A DNA stretch of 46,337 nucleotides from Candidatus Heimdallarchaeota archaeon (GTDB lineage: Archaea; Asgardarchaeota; Heimdallarchaeia; Heimdallarchaeales; Heimdallarchaeaceae): NCBI GenBank assembly GCA_019057375.1, contig DXJF01000069.1:1-46337 (forward strand), written 5' to 3'. The position numbers and the translations under genes are program-made. The notes beneath the pieces were generated by a model, which had not been told where the DNA came from, searched no databases, and was given only the letters and a program-made list of their open reading frames with translations. This document shows positions 43,791 to 46,337 of the stretch, in pieces; positions within the stretch are counted from its first letter, which is position 1, and each line of letters opens with the position of its first letter.

Positions 43791-44960
43791 ATGAATAAGG
43801 AAAAAGTTTGTTCTGCAATAGATGAAATGAAAGAAAAGCTATTTAGTGTAAGTAAAGAAATTTGGGAAAATCCTGAACTCAATTTTAAAGAATTTAAAGC
43901 TTCTAAACTACTTTCTGACCATTTAATTGAAGCAGAATTTGATGTAGAATATGGTATCGCATCTCTTGAAACAGCTATAAGAGCTATACATCCTGAAGTT
44001 AACGATGGTCCAACAGTTGCTATTCTAGCAGAATATGATGCCCTTCCTGAAATGGGACATGGATGTGGTCACAATTTAATTGCAACAGCTGCTCTAGGAG
44101 CTAGTTTAGCACTGGGAAAATTCAAAAAGGATTTACCTGGTAAGCTCATTTTCATGGGGACACCAGCTGAAGAAGGAGGAGGGGGGAAAATCTATATGAT
44201 AAGGCATGGTTTGTTTGAGGAAGTTGATGCAGCTATGATGTTCCATCCATCTTCGACTAAAAATATAGTGCATCGTGGTGGGTTAGCTATTACTGAAGTT
44301 AAGATAGAATTTAAGGGAAAGACAGCTCATGCTTCAGCAGAACCTGAAAAGGGCATCAATGCTTTAGATGGAGTCATTCAAACTTTCAATGGTATTAATG
44401 CATTAAGGCAACATATTCCCAGTGATGCACGAATTCACGGAGTTATCACACATGGAGGATTAAAACCAAATATAGTTCCAGATTATGCTTCAGCATCCTT
44501 TTACATTAGAGCTCTCAAAGATGCTTACTGTAAAGAACTGGTTAAGAAAGTTGAAAACATAGCAAAAGGTGCAGCTTTAATTACTGGAGCTGAAATGATC
44601 TTTCAAATAGTGGGGAATCCATATAGATCGCGCAATGTAAACTTCATTCTTGGAGAAGCTTGGGCAGAAAATTTGAAGTCACTTGGTCTTCCAATACATC
44701 AAATGAAACCTGGAGCTGGACTAGGTTCAAGCGATATAGGAAACGTCAGTCATGAAGTACCAACAATTCATCCGTATATAGGTATAAGTGAAAAAGAAAT
44801 TAACGCTCATTCAACAGATTTTGCAAAAGCAGCTATTTCAGACTATGGTCAAAATCAAATGATATTCGCAGCAAAGGCTCTAGCTATGACTGCTATTGAT
44901 GTCTTTACTAATCCTGATTTAGTATCTAAGATGATAGAGGAATTTGATCAAGGAGAGTAA
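43791..44960 (+). CDS. M20 family amidohydrolase (Acy1L2/AbgB-like)
   Basis: PEL.F.E, AEYDALP..GH.CGHN.I, GTPAEEGGGGK, G..AHA...PE.G.NALD, GSSD.GNVS..VP.IHP. Confidence 0.92.
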   Translation: MNKEKVCSAIDEMKEKLFSVSKEIWENPELNFKEFKASKLLSDHLIEAEFDVEYGIASLETAIRAIHPEVNDGPTVAILAEYDALPEMGHGCGHNLIATAALGASLALGKFKKDLPGKLIFMGTPAEEGGGGKIYMIRHGLFEEVDAAMMFHPSSTKNIVHRGGLAITEVKIEFKGKTAHASAEPEKGINALDGVIQTFNGINALRQHIPSDARIHGVITHGGLKPNIVPDYASASFYIRALKDAYCKELVKKVENIAKGAALITGAEMIFQIVGNPYRSRNVNFILGEAWAENLKSLGLPIHQMKPGAGLGSSDIGNVSHEVPTIHPYIGISEKEINAHSTDFAKAAISDYGQNQMIFAAKALAMTAIDVFTNPDLVSKMIEEFDQGE

Positions 44961-45012
44961 ATTGCTCAAATTTTACCACAGCAAAGGAATATAAATTCAA
45001 AATAGAATGGTC

Positions 45013-45531
45013 TTAAAGTATTTTTTCCATATAAATCCAATTATGCCTTACTTCCTTAGGGACTTCAGATTCAGGATATTCTTCAATATCATAAAAACCA
45101 GCAGATCGGTATACTTTCTGAGCTGTTTTCATAAATACACCTGTATCAAGACATACTTTAGAATATCCAATATTTTGTGCAGTTTCAAGCAATTTATCTA
45201 AGAGAGCTTTACCTAGACCTTTACCTCTGAAATCTGGTTTAACATACATTCTTTTAACTTCTACGATATTTTCAGTAATACATCTCAAGCCACCCATACC
45301 TACAATTTCATCATTAATAGAAATTAAGTAAATTACACTTTCAGGAGGTATCATAGATTCTAACATTGGCAATGAATTCTGTACATACTCATCAATGGAA
45401 CCAATAGAATCTATCATATCTAATCCAAATTGTTCTAGATACACATCTCTCAACCAATTTAGGTATGAAATGTTCATTTCTACAAATTCAGTTCGATGTA
45501 TTGAAGAATCATATATATGAAAATTAACCAT
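45013..45531 (-). CDS. GNAT N-acetyltransferase
   Basis: VG.GGL, EVKRMYV.P.FRG.GLGK.LL, LDT...M..A..VY...GF. Confidence 0.9.
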   Translation of the reverse strand: MVNFHIYDSSIHRTEFVEMNISYLNWLRDVYLEQFGLDMIDSIGSIDEYVQNSLPMLESMIPPESVIYLISINDEIVGMGGLRCITENIVEVKRMYVKPDFRGKGLGKALLDKLLETAQNIGYSKVCLDTGVFMKTAQKVYRSAGFYDIEEYPESEVPKEVRHNWIYMEKIL

Positions 45532-45632
45532 TATTTTTCATTAAAATTCATATTATTAAATTTTTACCCAATTTTTGTTTTTACCTCCACTCAAATAGAA
45601 TTATAAATGAAAAAATGAATAGAATGTATTGT

Positions 45633-46337
45633 ATGAAAGTATCAAAAGAAAATGTTAGATACTTAGTCTTTGAAGGCGGAGGCGGAAAAGGTGTTACCTA
45701 CGTTGGGGCTCTTCAAGCTTTGGAGAAACTAGGGATTGTTTCTTATCTGAAAAAAGAGATTAATGGAGTACATGTTTCTCGTCTTGATCCTAGGAAAATT
45801 TATGGGATTTCAGGTACTTCAGTTGGTTCAATTACTGCACTATTAATCGCCTGTGGCTATACACCAAATGAAATAGAGGAAATCGTAAAAAGTGATTATA
45901 GTGAAAATCTATTAGACACTGTAGAATTTGATAGGATTCCAACAATTTATACAAAAGACAATCCTACAATTGTTATTAACAATCCAGCTACAGAAAAGGA
46001 TCAGCTTCTAGTTGATAAATACATGAAAACATTTGTTGAATCTGAGAAAAAGTCTTTTGGTGATTTAATAAAAATACCAGGAAAATATTTTACTCAGCTT
46101 AACTTTAAGTTCTTAGCTACTCTCATGAAAGGGTTTGTTTACTATGAATCTAGAAAAACTGATGTTGAAGATAGTCGTAAACATGAATTTATTCCATCTG
46201 TTCCTGATCTCGTACACAATAAAACTACTAAAACTGCAATAGACATGATCTTGGATAGTCCTTCAGAGAGTTTTAATAGTTTGAAGTATGAATTTGGTTT
46301 CTTTCTAGCTGAAAAATTCAGGATCTTAGTTGATAAA
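45633..46337 (+). CDS. Patatin-like phospholipase, 3'-truncated by window edge (absent from ORF track)
   Basis: Manual translation MKVSKENVRYLVFEGGGGKGVTYVGALQALE...ISGTSVGSITA shows the oxyanion GGGxxG and nucleophile GxSxG motifs. In-frame ATGs also occur at 45615 and 45624. Confidence 0.88.
   Translation, partial: MKVSKENVRYLVFEGGGGKGVTYVGALQALEKLGIVSYLKKEINGVHVSRLDPRKIYGISGTSVGSITALLIACGYTPNEIEEIVKSDYSENLLDTVEFDRIPTIYTKDNPTIVINNPATEKDQLLVDKYMKTFVESEKKSFGDLIKIPGKYFTQLNFKFLATLMKGFVYYESRKTDVEDSRKHEFIPSVPDLVHNKTTKTAIDMILDSPSESFNSLKYEFGFFLAEKFRILVDK

Noticed and set aside
1-46337. tRNA, rRNA, CRISPR arrays, IS elements, selenocysteine/readthrough signals
   Set aside because: I saw no GC-rich structured segment, regularly spaced repeat-spacer array, transposase motif or in-frame stop within a conserved domain; a tRNAscan/Infernal/CRISPR-finder run would confirm this.

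Overview
A 46.3 kb, AT-rich stretch of densely coding chromosome from what looks like an Asgard archaeon, most likely Heimdallarchaeia-like. This assignment is inferred from an actin-family gene, a longin-like gene, a C-terminally anchored surface protein, archaeal BRE/TATA promoters and GGTGA ribosome-binding sites. About 45 CDSs are supported; I saw no rRNA, tRNA, CRISPR array, integrase or transposase. Most genes are metabolic or transport genes: a serine-pathway trio, PanE, SDR, GH127, two DegV, a DAG-kinase family protein, ABC-2, M20, GNATs and a patatin. Three things stand out. (1) A ~7 kb array (25.5-32.3 kb) repeats one module three times: a paralogous winged-HTH regulator gene is divergent from a small unannotated protein gene, and each small-gene promoter carries a conserved BRE/TATA followed by a TTCTCA-N5-TGAGAA palindrome. 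(2) A divergent actin-related protein has its hydrolysis residues substituted, a ~41-aa insertion, and an N-terminal metal-binding ribbon that seems to need a non-AUG start. (3) An orphan CTPase-type ParB has a parS-like site nearby. Other points of interest are an ACP-like protein lacking the canonical phosphopantetheine Ser, a pair of paralogous 8-Cys proteins, and a translationally coupled longin plus 7TM gene pair. All family calls come from motif recognition by eye; no database search was run.
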